A DNA stretch of 59,947 nt, counting the filler. It is 8 parts of 8 records of this genome, joined end to end, with 100 filler letters (N's around TTAATTAATTAA, not from the genome) between each part and the next. Parts side by side here need not be neighbours in the genome. Positions count along the whole stretch, not along the records: positions 17,951 to 24,698 come from SRR31147125_78520; positions 24,799 to 30,589 come from SRR31147125_78686; positions 30,690 to 36,734 come from SRR31147125_78873; 5 more parts are not named here. One strand, 5' to 3'. The notes beneath the pieces are model-generated. The model made no database searches, was not told the DNA's origin, and saw nothing but the letters and a program-made list of their open reading frames with translations. The translations under genes and the position numbers were made by a program. Within the stretch, counting starts at the first letter, position 1; each line of letters begins with the position of its first letter. Shown piece by piece: positions 21,459-32,704 of this stretch.

Positions 21459-22148
21459 CTATTTTGTATACAGTTTTTCATACTCATTACAGAGCGGTAA
21501 ATCAGCTTCTTCATCTTCAACAATGTCGCCATATCTTGGCATTTTTGGATTAAATCTATTGTCAACGTTATCATCATTTACAGAAGATACTTCTCCACAA
21601 ACCAAATCACCTTTACCTTCTAACGCCCAAAAGTTATGGTACATGTAAGGAGTCAATGTAATAGATGATCCAACTTCAACAGTTACAACTTCACCTGGTT
21701 TAACCACGCTCTTAATACCGTCCATATATACAACTACATCATTTTCATAGTCGATACTTTCATCTTCTAATACGTTATATAGCTTTAATGCCAAAACACC
21801 ACCAGCACGATTAATTATATCTTCTGTCTTAGAATAATGAAAATGTGTTGGTAACCCTTGACCATCTGCTAAAAGTATATACTTTTCTGCATAAGGCACA
21901 CCTATACTGCTATCTTTTTGATCACCATTTCTTACCGTAAACAGTACACCGCCAACTTTTTCGTAATTGTCAAGCCCATAGTCCGTTACGTCCCAGCCCT
22001 GCATAGTCTTTCGAATCATATCAACTTGATCTTCATTATCCAACCATTCCTGCATTGACCAGTATGCAAAAATAGGTAATTTTATATTTTCTTTTTTAAG
22101 CAGTGCTTTTGCCCACTTAATCTCTTTATTAACTTCACTTCTTTTCAT
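21459..22148 (-). CDS. D-lyxose/D-mannose ketol-isomerase family (cupin)
   Basis: MKRSEVN start, GWDVTDYG, LFTVRNG, YAEK, HFHYSKTEDIINR, GEVSSVNDD. Confidence 0.9.
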   Translation of the reverse strand: MKRSEVNKEIKWAKALLKKENIKLPIFAYWSMQEWLDNEDQVDMIRKTMQGWDVTDYGLDNYEKVGGVLFTVRNGDQKDSSIGVPYAEKYILLADGQGLPTHFHYSKTEDIINRAGGVLALKLYNVLEDESIDYENDVVVYMDGIKSVVKPGEVVTVEVGSSITLTPYMYHNFWALEGKGDLVCGEVSSVNDDNVDNRFNPKMPRYGDIVEDEEADLPLCNEYEKLYTK

Positions 22149-22166
22149 GCTCTTCTCCTTAAGTAA

Positions 22167-23177
22167 CTACGCTTTTGCTTTTGCTTGATATGTTGAAATA
22201 AGAACAGCTGTAAACATCAATGCAGCACGCAATACAAATTGAACATATACACTAACATCAAGAATTGTCATACCATTGATCATAACACCAATGAATATAA
22301 CACCCATCAAAGTACCCCATGCTTTACCAATACCACCTGTCATAGCTGCACCACCGATAACAACAGATGAGATAACATCTAACTCCCAGCCACGTCCAAA
22401 ACTAAATGATCCAGAAATAACTTGTGCACTGTTCATAAGACCTGCTAAAACACACATAACTTGAACAGATGCAAATGCAATTATTCTTGTCTTAAGTACA
22501 TTGATACCACTTAGTCTAGCTGATTCAACATTGCCTCCAACAGCGTAAATAGATCTACCTGTTGTAGTATACCTCATAACAAAAAGAAGCAGGATAAACA
22601 TAACAAACAAAATCAGTGCAGGAATCGGAACACCTTTAATCCCACCGATTCTTCCTGTACCCAAAACTCTAAACCAATCTGGGAAAGTATTTGCAATAGG
22701 AAAACCTTCACAAAGAATGCCAGATAATCCATATATCAAGTTCAATGATGCCAACGAAATAATGAAAGAAGGCATACCAAACTTATGTCTTACAAGTGCA
22801 TGACCAATACCAATAACCATTGCAAATACAAGTGCAATCATTATTCCTATAATACACGCAACTGTTACTGAAACACCCAAAAGATCCGGAAGATCTCTAC
22901 AACTTCTCGCAACCACAACACCAGAAAGTGCAACAGTAGAACCAATCGACAAATCGATTTCTCCTAAAATGATGACCATTGTCATAGCTAGAGCAATTAC
23001 ACCTTTTAGAGAAACATTTCTAAAAATATTCATCCAGTTCATCCAAGTCATAAAAGCTTCTGTTCCAACCCAAAGCCCTATAACCAAACCGACTAGCATG
23101 ATTTCAATTACATGATCTAGTAAAAAATTTACTACTTTTTTTCTATTAATACTCATTATCGTTAATCTCCCATACAA
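22167..23177 (-). CDS. Monosaccharide ABC transporter permease (RbsC-like)
   Basis: GEIDLSIG, GRSIYAVGGNVESARLSGI, ELDVISSVVIGG. Confidence 0.93.
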   Translation of the reverse strand: MYGRLTIMSINRKKVVNFLLDHVIEIMLVGLVIGLWVGTEAFMTWMNWMNIFRNVSLKGVIALAMTMVIILGEIDLSIGSTVALSGVVVARSCRDLPDLLGVSVTVACIIGIMIALVFAMVIGIGHALVRHKFGMPSFIISLASLNLIYGLSGILCEGFPIANTFPDWFRVLGTGRIGGIKGVPIPALILFVMFILLLFVMRYTTTGRSIYAVGGNVESARLSGINVLKTRIIAFASVQVMCVLAGLMNSAQVISGSFSFGRGWELDVISSVVIGGAAMTGGIGKAWGTLMGVIFIGVMINGMTILDVSVYVQFVLRAALMFTAVLISTYQAKAKA

Positions 23178-24643
23178 ACAGTATATAAATCTTCTATCTC
23201 AGTCGACGCTGGGCCAACCTCCCCAACAATCTTTCCTTCGCGCATAATTAAAATTCTGTGACAAACTTCCAAAAGCTCTTCCAGTTCGGAAGATACAAAA
23301 AGTGTAGAAATACCTTTTCTAGATTGCTCCCACATAATTTCAAATATCTGCTGCTTAGCTTTAACATCAATGCCTCTAGACGGTTCATCATAGAACATAA
23401 TTTGTGGTTGAGAATTTAGCCAGCTGCCTACAACAACTTTTTGCTGATTACCACCAGAAAGTGAACTTACAGGCGCATTGATATCAGGAATTTTAATTTG
23501 CAAACCCTCTATCTGTTTTTCTGCAACCACTTTTCTCAATTTATGATCTTCCAACCATCCATTTGATGTTTTGTCTACGCTTGCATAGCAAAGGTTATCT
23601 AAAATAGAATGAATCAGTATTAATCCTTCATGCTTCCTGTCTTCCGGTGTTAATGCTAACCCATGTTTTTTTCCAATCATTGGAGATCCATGTTTTGGTA
23701 ACTTTCCACCGTTAACATAAACTTCTCCTGCGTCATAAGGATCTGCTCCAAATATCGATTTTAAAAGCTCCGTTCTTCCAGCACCCAACATTCCAGCAAT
23801 GCCTAAAACTTCACCCTTTTTCAGTTCAAAACTTACATCTTCAAATTTGTGTTTTCTTGAAAGATTCTTAACTTCCAAAACAGTTTCATCACTAACTGCC
23901 AAATCTGTCGGTCTTTCTTTAATTTCAACATCACCAAACATCATGTGAATAATACCTTTTTTATCAGTATCATCATTGTTTACACAATCAATCAGCAATC
24001 CATCTCTTAAAACTGTAACAGTATCAGAAATCTGTGGTATTTCATTTAATTTATGTGAAATATATACGATTATAACGTCTTGTTTCTTTAATTCTCGAAT
24101 TGCGTTGAATAAACTTTCAACCTCGTGTGTTGCAAGTGCAGAAGTCGGTTCATCAAGGAAAAGCACTTTGGGATTAAAGCTTAACGCTTTAGTAATCTCG
24201 ACAACTTGGCATTGCCACATGCTCAATCTGGATACAATCTCTTTTGGGTTTATATCCACATTCATTCTCTTAAGCAGCACTTTCGCATCTTTATGTGCAG
24301 TTTTCCAATCAATTATCTTACCTTTTTTAGGCATCCGCCCAAGAAAAATATTCTCCGTAACACTTAACCATGGAACCAAACTCATTTCTTGATATACAAC
24401 ACCAATCCCATGTTTATAAGCTTCTGCTGGGCTTGAAAAATCCAATTTCTCATCATCTAAATAAATCTCGCCACTTGTTTGTTTTACAGCAGCAGCTATA
24501 CATTTAACCAATGTGGATTTTCCAGAGCCATTCTTGCCAAGCAGAGCATTAACTTTTCCACTATGCCACTCAACACTAACATCATCAAGCGCACGGCATC
24601 CTGGATAATCTTTAGTCATATTTTCAACTCTTAATATAGACAT
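23162..24643 (-). CDS. Monosaccharide ABC transporter ATPase (RbsA-like, tandem NBD)
   Basis: GKNGSGKST, LDEPT, PEDRK, LSGGNQQKV, SSELEEL. Confidence 0.95.
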   Translation of the reverse strand: MSILRVENMTKDYPGCRALDDVSVEWHSGKVNALLGKNGSGKSTLVKCIAAAVKQTSGEIYLDDEKLDFSSPAEAYKHGIGVVYQEMSLVPWLSVTENIFLGRMPKKGKIIDWKTAHKDAKVLLKRMNVDINPKEIVSRLSMWQCQVVEITKALSFNPKVLFLDEPTSALATHEVESLFNAIRELKKQDVIIVYISHKLNEIPQISDTVTVLRDGLLIDCVNNDDTDKKGIIHMMFGDVEIKERPTDLAVSDETVLEVKNLSRKHKFEDVSFELKKGEVLGIAGMLGAGRTELLKSIFGADPYDAGEVYVNGGKLPKHGSPMIGKKHGLALTPEDRKHEGLILIHSILDNLCYASVDKTSNGWLEDHKLRKVVAEKQIEGLQIKIPDINAPVSSLSGGNQQKVVVGSWLNSQPQIMFYDEPSRGIDVKAKQQIFEIMWEQSRKGISTLFVSSELEELLEVCHRILIMREGKIVGEVGPASTEIEDLYTVCMGD

Positions 24644-24698
24644 CTGAAATAACCTTTCATAATTTTAATTTAACTCCATCTAGTATAGTAATAAAAAA

Positions 24699-24798
24699 NN
24701 NNNNNNNNNNNNNNNNNNNNNNNNNNNNNNNNNNNNNNNNNNTTAATTAATTAANNNNNNNNNNNNNNNNNNNNNNNNNNNNNNNNNNNNNNNNNNNN
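24699..24798. other. Artificial contig spacer
   Basis: N run with TTAATTAATTAA. Confidence 0.99.
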
Positions 24799-26265
24799 AT
24801 GGAAAATAGCCTCTTGTTTATCTTTGGGAATTCCAATTCCGGTATCTGCAATTATAAAGTCTGCATAATTCTTATCTATAGTATAATTCACGCTGACAGA
24901 ACCCTCGTTAGTGAATTTTATAGCATTTTTTATGATGTTGGTTAAAATTGAATTTATCTTATAACCATCAGTGAAAAAATCGTGATTCGATTCGGGGAGG
25001 TTATCTGAAAAAAATAATTCTATTCCCTTGGAGTCTGCCTCGGCTTTAAAGAAATTATGGAGTTCCGTAAGAATTTGTTTAATATCTATTTGTTCAATCT
25101 TAGAATTCTCAGCTCCCGATTCTATTTTCGAAATATCAATTATATTATTAATCGTGGTAAGCATCCTGTCGCCACTCTGCAAAATGATATCGATAAACTG
25201 AAGTTGTTCTTCGCGCCCAAATTCCTGGGTTTTTAGAAGTTCGGCAAAGCCAAGTATCCCGTTCATCGGTGTCCTTATTTCGTGGCTCATATTGGCCAGA
25301 AATGCCGACTTCATTCTGTCGCTTTCTATGGCTTTAAACTTCTGCTGCTCGAGTTCTTCCATAATAACAGAGTTTATTTCGAGCTGTTGCTGAAGATCTT
25401 TTGTCTTTTTCCGCACTCTGTCGTGAAGAAATTGGTTAAATACTAACAGAATGAGTATAATAATTGAAGCAAGTAATCCGGCGATTAATATATACTTAAA
25501 ATATCTGCCCGGATCTTTGTATTCTTCATTGTAAGGTTCAATCCATTTTTCGTATATCTTCTGATACTCTCCATTTGCCATTATAATTTCAAGCCCGTTA
25601 TTCAGAATAGTTGCCAATTCTGGCGAGGCATTTGATATTTTAAATCCCATATTGCGCTCAAGCATTTTATGGGGAGAAACGTGAATATCTTCTATTCCAA
25701 ACTGTTCTACATAATACATTGCAGTTACTTTTGGAGCAATTATGCATAGTACATCTTCGTTTTCAAGGGCTCCAATTAACTGGTCGTAATTATTGGCAAA
25801 TAGGAATCGGGTTGATGGATTTATGGATAAAACATAATGTATTAAAACGTCGTTATGCCATAATGCAACTACTGGTTCTTTTTCTATACGAAGCTTTTCC
25901 GACGAAAATGTTTTAGTTTGGTTCTTGTTGTATATAAAACTATGTTCTGTATTAATAACCGAGCGTGTATATATGTAACTGTTATCAATGGTTCCCGGGT
26001 AATGTGCTCCAGCAATACCATCAATCTCATTGTTGTTAAGTTTTGTGTTTATTTTTTCCCACGAGTCGCCATTTAATTCAATCTCTATTTGGTAGAGTTC
26101 TTTAATGGTATTAATCAAATCAATATTAAACCCTACCAGTTCTCCGTCTGCATTTTTGAAATTATAAGGTGGGTAATTGTCACTAAACATTACCTTATAT
26201 TGAGCCGAGCTTTGGCTGTAAAACAACAACAAAAATGTAATGATAATAATAGTGTAGATCCTCAT
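24799..26265 (-). CDS. Sensor histidine kinase with a periplasmic family-3 solute-binding domain, 3'-truncated
   Basis: Signal-like MRIYTIIII, DNYPPYNF..GFNIDL, TM, FLANMSHEIRTPMNGI, NAIKFT, DTGIGI. Confidence 0.88.
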
Positions 26266-26427
26266 GAAAATGTGTGTCTTTTTATCAGTAACAAAGCTAA
26301 AAAAGTTTTTAACATATTTAATGGTACTATTCCGCAAATTATAGGTTAGAAAAGATAAAAAAAAGGGCTGTATTATTGATTTTTTTTGAGAGTGACTACT
26401 TTTATGTACACCATATTTGAAAATGGA

Positions 26428-27311
26428 ATGATTCAAAAAGTTATTGCCGAAGTTGAGGCTAAAATGACAAGCGTTTTAGGGAAAGAGGTACAGGTGATTT
26501 CGTACGGAGATATTGGAGGCGGTTGTATAAATAATGCCTCGAAAATTAGAACAACAGAGGGTGAGTTTTTTTGAAATGGAATGCCAATTGTGCCCGGGAT
26601 ATGTTTTTGCGCGAAGCAGAAAGTTTGAAAGAATTAAAAAAAGCTGCGGATAATAATTTGCTGGTACCTAATGTTGTTTGTGAAAAAGAAGTGGACGAAA
26701 TTCCCGGATTTCTTGTGATGGACTATTTCGAGACAGGGGCTTCATCCGGGGATTGCGATGTGCAATTAGGACGAGGATTGGCACTGTTACATGGCTATAC
26801 AAACGAAAAATTCGGATTCTATACCAATAATTATTGTGGCGCAACAATTCAGAATAATACGTGGACTGAAAGTTGGGTTGATTTTTTTCGAGACAAACGT
26901 TTAGGCTTTCTTTTAGCGTTAATTGACAGAGACAGGCCAATCGGAATTTCAGAAAGAAAACTGTTCGATAAATTGTTGAATAAAATTGACAGTTTAATTC
27001 CTGCAAAGCGCGAGGCAGTTTTAATACATGGCGATTTATGGTCGGGAAACTACATGTTTACAAAACATGGCCCCGCGTTAATCGATCCGGCCGCTTATTA
27101 TGCCGACCGCGAGATGGAATTTGCCATTATTACAATGTTTGGAGGCTTTTCTACGCGCTTTTTTGATGCGTATAACGAAACTTGCCCTCTTGATAAGGAA
27201 TGGCGCGAAAGAAACAAGTTGTACCAATTATACCACATTTTAAATCATTACTATTTGTTTGGCGGCTCTTATATTGCTCAGGCAGTGGGGGTGGCCCGTA
27301 GTTATTTATAA
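26428..27311 (+). CDS. Fructosamine kinase family protein; split at a T7 run (26566-26572)
   Basis: GGGCIN, F(L)KWN, LIHGDLWSGN, IDPAAYYADREME, LYQLYHILNH. Confidence 0.9.
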
Positions 27312-27413
27312 ATAGGTATTCGTTAATAATACAACTGTAAAAGATGAGTAATTACATTGTAAGATGGAGCCCGAACATTTACCTTTACAAACTAAACCAA
27401 ATTCCGCAAATCG

Positions 27414-28559
27414 ATGATATCAAATAAAGCAAAAGAAATTACACCGTTTATCGTTATGGAGGTGCTTGAAAAAGCAGCAGAAATGGAACAACGTGGAATT
27501 AATGTTATTCATCTTGAGGTTGGAGAGCCCGACTTCGATGTTCCCAAATGTGTTTCAATGGCTGTGCAAGAAGCATTCGATGAAGGACGTACACATTATA
27601 CGCACAGTTTGGGCGATCCTGAATTGCGCGAGCAAATTTCGAAAAAATACCGCGAAGAATATGAAGTTTCGGTAGCACCCGAACAAATTATTGTAACATC
27701 GGGTAGTTCCCCTGCAATTCTGTTAACTCTAGGTGTACTGTGCGAAGCTGGCGACGAAGTGATTATCTCTGACCCGGGATATGCCTGTTACGCAAATTTT
27801 ATTCGTTTTATTGGAGCTAAAGCTGTGCCTATACCTGTTTACGAGGAAGATGGTTTTCAATACAGAGCTGAAAATATTGCAGCAAAGATTACTCCGCGTA
27901 CCAAAGCCATAATGATAAACAGCCCGATGAATCCGACCGGGAATTTGTTGTCGGCAGAAGTGATGCAACAATTGGCAGAGTTTAATATTCCTATTATCTC
28001 CGATGAAATATATCATGGTTTGGTTTACGAACAGCGGGCGCATTCTGTTTTGGAAGTAACTAAAAACGCTTTTGTGCTGAATGGTTTTTCTAAATTGTAT
28101 GCAATGACCGGTTTACGTTTAGGCTTTGTTATTGCACCAAAGGAGTATGTTCGTTGTATGCAAAAAATTCAACAGAACTTGTTTATTTGTGCCAGTTCTA
28201 CGGCTCAAAGGGCCGGAATTGAGGCTTTGAAATCTGCAGGAGATGAAGTTGAACAAATGAGAATAACCTATGGGAAAAGAAGGGCCTATTTGATTAAGCG
28301 GCTAAAAGCTATGGGATTTGACATTAAAGTTGAACCAACCGGAGCCTTTTATGTATTTGTTAATGTTAAACATTTAAGTAACGACAGCTATCAACTGGCG
28401 TTCGATATACTGGGAAAAGCACACGTAGGAGTTACTCCGGGTATTGATTTTGGCGACAATGGCGAAGGTTTTATTCGCTTTTCGTATGCCAATTCCATAG
28501 AGAATATAGAAATTGGAATGGATCGTTTAGAAAAGTATTTAAACGATAACTTTAAATAA
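27414..28559 (+). CDS. PLP-dependent aminotransferase class I/II
   Basis: LEVGEPDF, NSPMNPTG, SDEIY, NGFSKLYAMTGLRLG, IRFSYA. Confidence 0.95.
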   Translation: MISNKAKEITPFIVMEVLEKAAEMEQRGINVIHLEVGEPDFDVPKCVSMAVQEAFDEGRTHYTHSLGDPELREQISKKYREEYEVSVAPEQIIVTSGSSPAILLTLGVLCEAGDEVIISDPGYACYANFIRFIGAKAVPIPVYEEDGFQYRAENIAAKITPRTKAIMINSPMNPTGNLLSAEVMQQLAEFNIPIISDEIYHGLVYEQRAHSVLEVTKNAFVLNGFSKLYAMTGLRLGFVIAPKEYVRCMQKIQQNLFICASSTAQRAGIEALKSAGDEVEQMRITYGKRRAYLIKRLKAMGFDIKVEPTGAFYVFVNVKHLSNDSYQLAFDILGKAHVGVTPGIDFGDNGEGFIRFSYANSIENIEIGMDRLEKYLNDNFK

Positions 28560-29077
28560 ATTCCTTCCCATATTCGTCAAGAGAAACAATATCTGTTAAC
28601 GGTTTTCTTTTTTTGCAGTCACTTCAGTATCCGGATATCCAAGAGGAATTAAAGCAATGGGTTCCAGGTTATTGGGCAATTTTAAAATATCGGCACATTT
28701 GTATGTGTCAAAATTACAAACCCAGCAGGTACCAAGTTCTAGTTCGGCAGCCATTAAAGTAATGTGGTCAATTGCAATTGCTGCGTCAATATCTGCTGAA
28801 TCTTTGCCATCAGAACCTCGTTTCCACGATTGCGAATGGTCGGCACATACTACAATTATTATTGGCGCTGTTTTAAACCAATCGCGTTGGTATACCGAAT
28901 GTATTTCTTTTTCTTTTCTCCAGAGGAAACAACAACAAAATGCCGGGGCTGAAAATTAACAGCAGATGGAGCCATTTGTCCGGCTTCTAATACTTTCAGT
29001 AACTTTTCTTTATCAACAGGAGTATTCTTGTATTTACGAACTGAGAATCTTTTGTTAACTAACTGAGCTAAATTCAT
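28552..29077 (-). CDS. Nitroreductase family protein; split at an A-run near 28910
   Basis: RFSVRKY, APSAVNFQP; the second frame reads DIDAAIAIDHITLMAAELELGTCWV..PIALIPLGYP to a stop at 28552 (read by hand). Confidence 0.85.
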
Positions 29078-29344
29078 AATGCGAGTGTGTTTTTTTATCA
29101 TTTTAAAATTGAAAGTAAAATAAGCGATTTGTTTTAAAATTTTATCATTTGCTATCGTTTAAATTTAAATTGTATTCGAAAAAAATAACAAGTTGCTAAA
29201 GTCTGTCATTTTCAATAGTTTGCGGTTTTGTAAAACGTGTTATAAAGCAGATTGTAAAGATGTAACAATATTGTAATTTATGCGTCATTTGCATACAAAT
29301 TAAATGAATCAGAAACGATTGTTAAACCTTAAAATTTAAATGTC

Positions 29345-29815
29345 ATGAAGAATATAAATTATGTAACATTATTTGTTGTTCTTTTCTTTTTAGCTTCTAC
29401 AGTTGCAAACGCTACAGGTGTTCGCACTGAATTTAAAAAGTATGAAATAACTCCGGTAGAAGATCTTCACATGGGTAAAAGAGTAAAGGCGATTTGGACT
29501 GTAAGTTACAGTAATTCTGAAGAACCTGTTACTATTGTAAAACGCAAAACAGCCGAAGGTGTAGAATATGTTGTTCAGTCGGAATATTTTGCAGTTAGCT
29601 ATTTAGCAACATCTAACGGTTTTGGCGCAAAAGAGGTTCGTAATGCCTGGAGCAGTGTTCCTAAAAAGATTAATAATGCTGTTATTTGTCCAAAAGCAAT
29701 GGCAAACCAGAAGCTTATTACTCCTAAACAGGTTAACGATGAAAGAGCATTAGGATTAATTGCAAGTTATTTGCCTGACCTTATTAACGATGGGTATACT
29801 CATTTATTGAATTAA
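29345..29815 (+). CDS. Hypothetical secreted protein
   Basis: Signal peptide (MKNINYVTLFVVLFFLASTVANA), own terminator; no family recognised. Confidence 0.75.
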   Translation: MKNINYVTLFVVLFFLASTVANATGVRTEFKKYEITPVEDLHMGKRVKAIWTVSYSNSEEPVTIVKRKTAEGVEYVVQSEYFAVSYLATSNGFGAKEVRNAWSSVPKKINNAVICPKAMANQKLITPKQVNDERALGLIASYLPDLINDGYTHLLN

Positions 29816-29843
29816 GCAAACTTACAAATAGAAAAAATGAATT

Positions 29844-29868
29844 AACCGCGGGCAACTGCGGTTTTTTT
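29844..29868 (+). terminator. Rho-independent terminator
   Basis: AACCGCGG-GCAA-CTGCGGTT followed by a T-tract. Confidence 0.75.
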
Positions 29869-29940
29869 GTGCTTATTTGTAAGCAAAAAAATCCCCGCAA
29901 ACACGTATGCGAGGTTTTTATATATCATTTAAATTGTATT

Positions 29941-30589
29941 TTAACGCAGTTCGCGAGGTTTTAAAAACAATTTATCAGCAGTCGAAATTTCGATAAACGA
30001 CGCTCCTGAATCTTCTCCGAAACGCCCACCTACATAAATAATTAAATCGTCTAAATTAATAATGCCTTCGTGTACTAATTCCTGAATAGCAGCTTTCTGG
30101 ATTTTCATCTTATTTTTCTTGGTCTCAAGGAACGATGGATGAACACCAAACGAGAGTGCTAGTTCGCGAACAACACGGTGCGAGTGACATTTAATATGTA
30201 CCGGGAAGAACGAACGATGAGCAGCCAGGTAACGCCCGGTTTTTCCTGTGGTAGTTGTAGTAACAATACCATCGGGTTTTAATTCGCGTGCTGCTCTAAT
30301 TGCCGATTGCGCCAGATAAGCAGGAATATCGGTTTTTAAAGGTATCAGCAATTCGCGTTTGTCGCGGTCTGGTTCAACCTCTTCAGCAATGTTATTCATA
30401 ACAGAAACAGCTTCTACAGGGTATTTACCGTATGCCGTTTCACCACTAAGCATTATTGCATCGGCTCCCATGTATATTGCACTTGCCACATCGCTAACCT
30501 CTGCACGAGTCGGACGCGGATGTTCAATCATAGTATGCAACATTTGAGTAGCAATAATAACCGGTTTTTGGTGAAGTATGGCTTTTCTT
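29941..30589 (-). CDS. pyk: Pyruvate kinase, C-terminal part (5'-truncated)
   Basis: [34 protein letters not shown]. Confidence 0.95.
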
Positions 30590-30689
30590 NNNNNNNNNNN
30601 NNNNNNNNNNNNNNNNNNNNNNNNNNNNNNNNNTTAATTAATTAANNNNNNNNNNNNNNNNNNNNNNNNNNNNNNNNNNNNNNNNNNNN
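30590..30689. other. Artificial contig spacer
   Basis: N run with TTAATTAATTAA. Confidence 0.99.
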
Positions 30690-31101
30690 AGTAAAAAAAA
30701 TAAGCAATCCAAATATCCATTATGCGACGCTCATACACCCATCTGTAATCATAGGAAAACGTAAATATGTCTCGATTGGAGAAGGCAGTATTGTCTGCGC
30801 CGGTACAATAATCACGACAAACATAAAAATTGGTCGGCATGTGATTTTGAATCTGGCCTGTACCATTGGTCACAACACATCCATCGGAGATTTTTCGGCC
30901 TTTATGCCCTCATGTAATATCTCCGGGGAGGTCACGATTGGCGAATCCACCTACTGGGGCACGGGAGCAAAGATCATCAACCGATGCTATGTGGGCGATC
31001 GTACAATTATTGGGGCCGGGACCGTGGTAATTCGAGATCTTCCAGCGGACGTTACCGCTGTTGGTGTTCCGGCTAGGATCATTAAAAATAACAATCCTTG
31101 A
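30690..31101 (+). CDS. Sugar O-acetyltransferase (NeuD/PglD-like hexapeptide), 5'-truncated
   Basis: TLIHPS, GEGSIVCAG, LNLACTIGH, AVGVPARII. Confidence 0.85.
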
Positions 31102-31271
31102 TGAGATATGTGCGAGGGATTCAGTTCTGGCGTTCTCTATCGGAGGCCGGATACTTTTCCTTGCATAAAATGCTCTGATTGAATCTATCGAGTAATCGGT
31201 GCATGGGCTTTTTCCGAATTCCGCCTGGCAATCCCGATGGATTTCCCGATGTTCAAGATAATTTTTCTCCA

Positions 31272-31880
31272 ATGAAAAGACTGTTTGATCTTGTGTTAAC
31301 GGCTCCGGCATTCGTACTGCTCAGCCCGTTCTTGCTTATTATCGCAGCCGGTGTCAGGTTGGCCATTGGTAGCACGATCCTTTTCAGCCAAACCCGGCCG
31401 GGTTTGAATGGGAAGCCTTTCAAACTTTTTAAATTTCGAACAATGACCAATGCCCGGGATGAAGGAGGGAACTTGCTGCCCGATGCTGAGCGACTGACGC
31501 CGTTGGGACGGTTTCTGAGGTCAGCATCCCTGGATGAGTTGCCTGAATTAATCAATATCCTGGCAGGTGACATGGGCATCGTGGGGCCGCGGCCATTATT
31601 AATGCAATACCTGGATCGCTACACGCCGGAACAGGCCCGGCGGCATGAAGTTAAGCCGGGATTGACTGGCTGGGCCCAGATCAATGGGCGGAACGCCATT
31701 TCCTGGGAAGAGAAGTTTGAACTGGATGTGTGGTATGTGGATAACTGGTCTTTGTGGCTGGATTTTAAGATTATCGGGTTGACGGTATTGAAGGTTCTGC
31801 GGCGGGAGGGGATATCGGCCGAAGGGGAGGCTACTATGACTGAGTTCAATCCACAGATTACGCGGATTAACGCAGATTAG
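31272..31880 (+). CDS. Bacterial sugar transferase (PglC/EpsL-like priming phosphoglycosyltransferase)
   Basis: MKRLFDL, KFRTM, SLDELPEL, VGPRP, KPGLTGWAQINGRN, LDVWYVDN. Confidence 0.93.
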   Translation: MKRLFDLVLTAPAFVLLSPFLLIIAAGVRLAIGSTILFSQTRPGLNGKPFKLFKFRTMTNARDEGGNLLPDAERLTPLGRFLRSASLDELPELINILAGDMGIVGPRPLLMQYLDRYTPEQARRHEVKPGLTGWAQINGRNAISWEEKFELDVWYVDNWSLWLDFKIIGLTVLKVLRREGISAEGEATMTEFNPQITRINAD

Positions 31881-32052
31881 AATGGGGTATGAATATCTAA
31901 TGGCCGGAATTTGTGCAAACTATGCAAATTTGAATGCTGTATTTAAATTTGAGAAGATCCGAAGAGATGGAATGCAGAATAACCGATGCATTGAGTTTGA
32001 GGACCGTAGAATAATCCGTGAAAATCTGCGGAATCTGTGGGCTGATTGTTAA

Positions 32053-32331
32053 TCAAGCGAATACTTTAACATGTATTTTATCGGCCTGTTTCATCGCCTG
32101 AGCTAAATCATACTGTGCCTGCTGGGTAATCCAACTTTCTGGACTGCTCCCGAAGGCTTTTGAAAGCCGAATCGCCATTTCTGCAGAGATTCCAAAGCGG
32201 CCGTTGAGCAGTGCTGAAAGAGTTTTTCTTGATACACCAAGACCTTTGGCCGCTTCAGTCACGGTCAATCCCAAAGGCACAATGCACAATTCTCTGATAA
32301 GCTTTCCAGGATGGGGGTCATACATAACCAT
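32053..32331 (-). CDS. higA: HigA family antitoxin
   Basis: [37 protein letters not shown]. Confidence 0.92.
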   Translation of the reverse strand: MVMYDPHPGKLIRELCIVPLGLTVTEAAKGLGVSRKTLSALLNGRFGISAEMAIRLSKAFGSSPESWITQQAQYDLAQAMKQADKIHVKVFA

Positions 32332-32342
32332 TTTAGCCCTCC

Positions 32343-32621
32343 TTAATGGTAACCGATGTAATCCACATCATAAGCATGATTGTTTTCAAAGCGAAAGATG
32401 ACACGCCAGTTACCTGAAACAGTGACAGCCCAAAAATCTTTGTATTTACTTTTTAGTGGGTGTAATTTTAGACCCGGTAGGTTCATATCTTGCGGGCTAA
32501 TACTGGCGTCAAGCCTGGCGAGAATCAGTCTCAGACGGTTTGTTTGGTCCGGATTGACACCTTGCCAGCTTCCCGCTTCATATAGTTTTTTAAGCCCTTT
32601 ATGTTTAAAGCTGCGTATCAT
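32343..32621 (-). CDS. higB: HigB (RelE-family, plasmid maintenance killer) toxin
   Basis: [37 protein letters not shown]; toxin-first order. Confidence 0.92.
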   Translation of the reverse strand: MIRSFKHKGLKKLYEAGSWQGVNPDQTNRLRLILARLDASISPQDMNLPGLKLHPLKSKYKDFWAVTVSGNWRVIFRFENNHAYDVDYIGYH

Positions 32622-32675
32622 GTGAAACTTGGGTTGTTACAATAATTTCAATCGTTGACTTGTTCAATGTATTTA

Positions 32676-32704
32676 ACTGTAACCTGGTTATGGTCAGGTG
32701 TCAA
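32676..32704 (-). promoter_or_regulatory. higBA sigma70 promoter with an overlapping palindromic operator
   Basis: TTGACA-N17-TACAGT; inverted repeat TGTAACCTG-N8-CAGGTGTCA spans it. Confidence 0.65.

Noticed and set aside
26566-26573. T7G as a programmed frameshift in the fructosamine kinase gene
   Set aside because: T8 restores the normal FFLKWN; the same indel type occurs throughout the window and I know no precedent for recoding in this family
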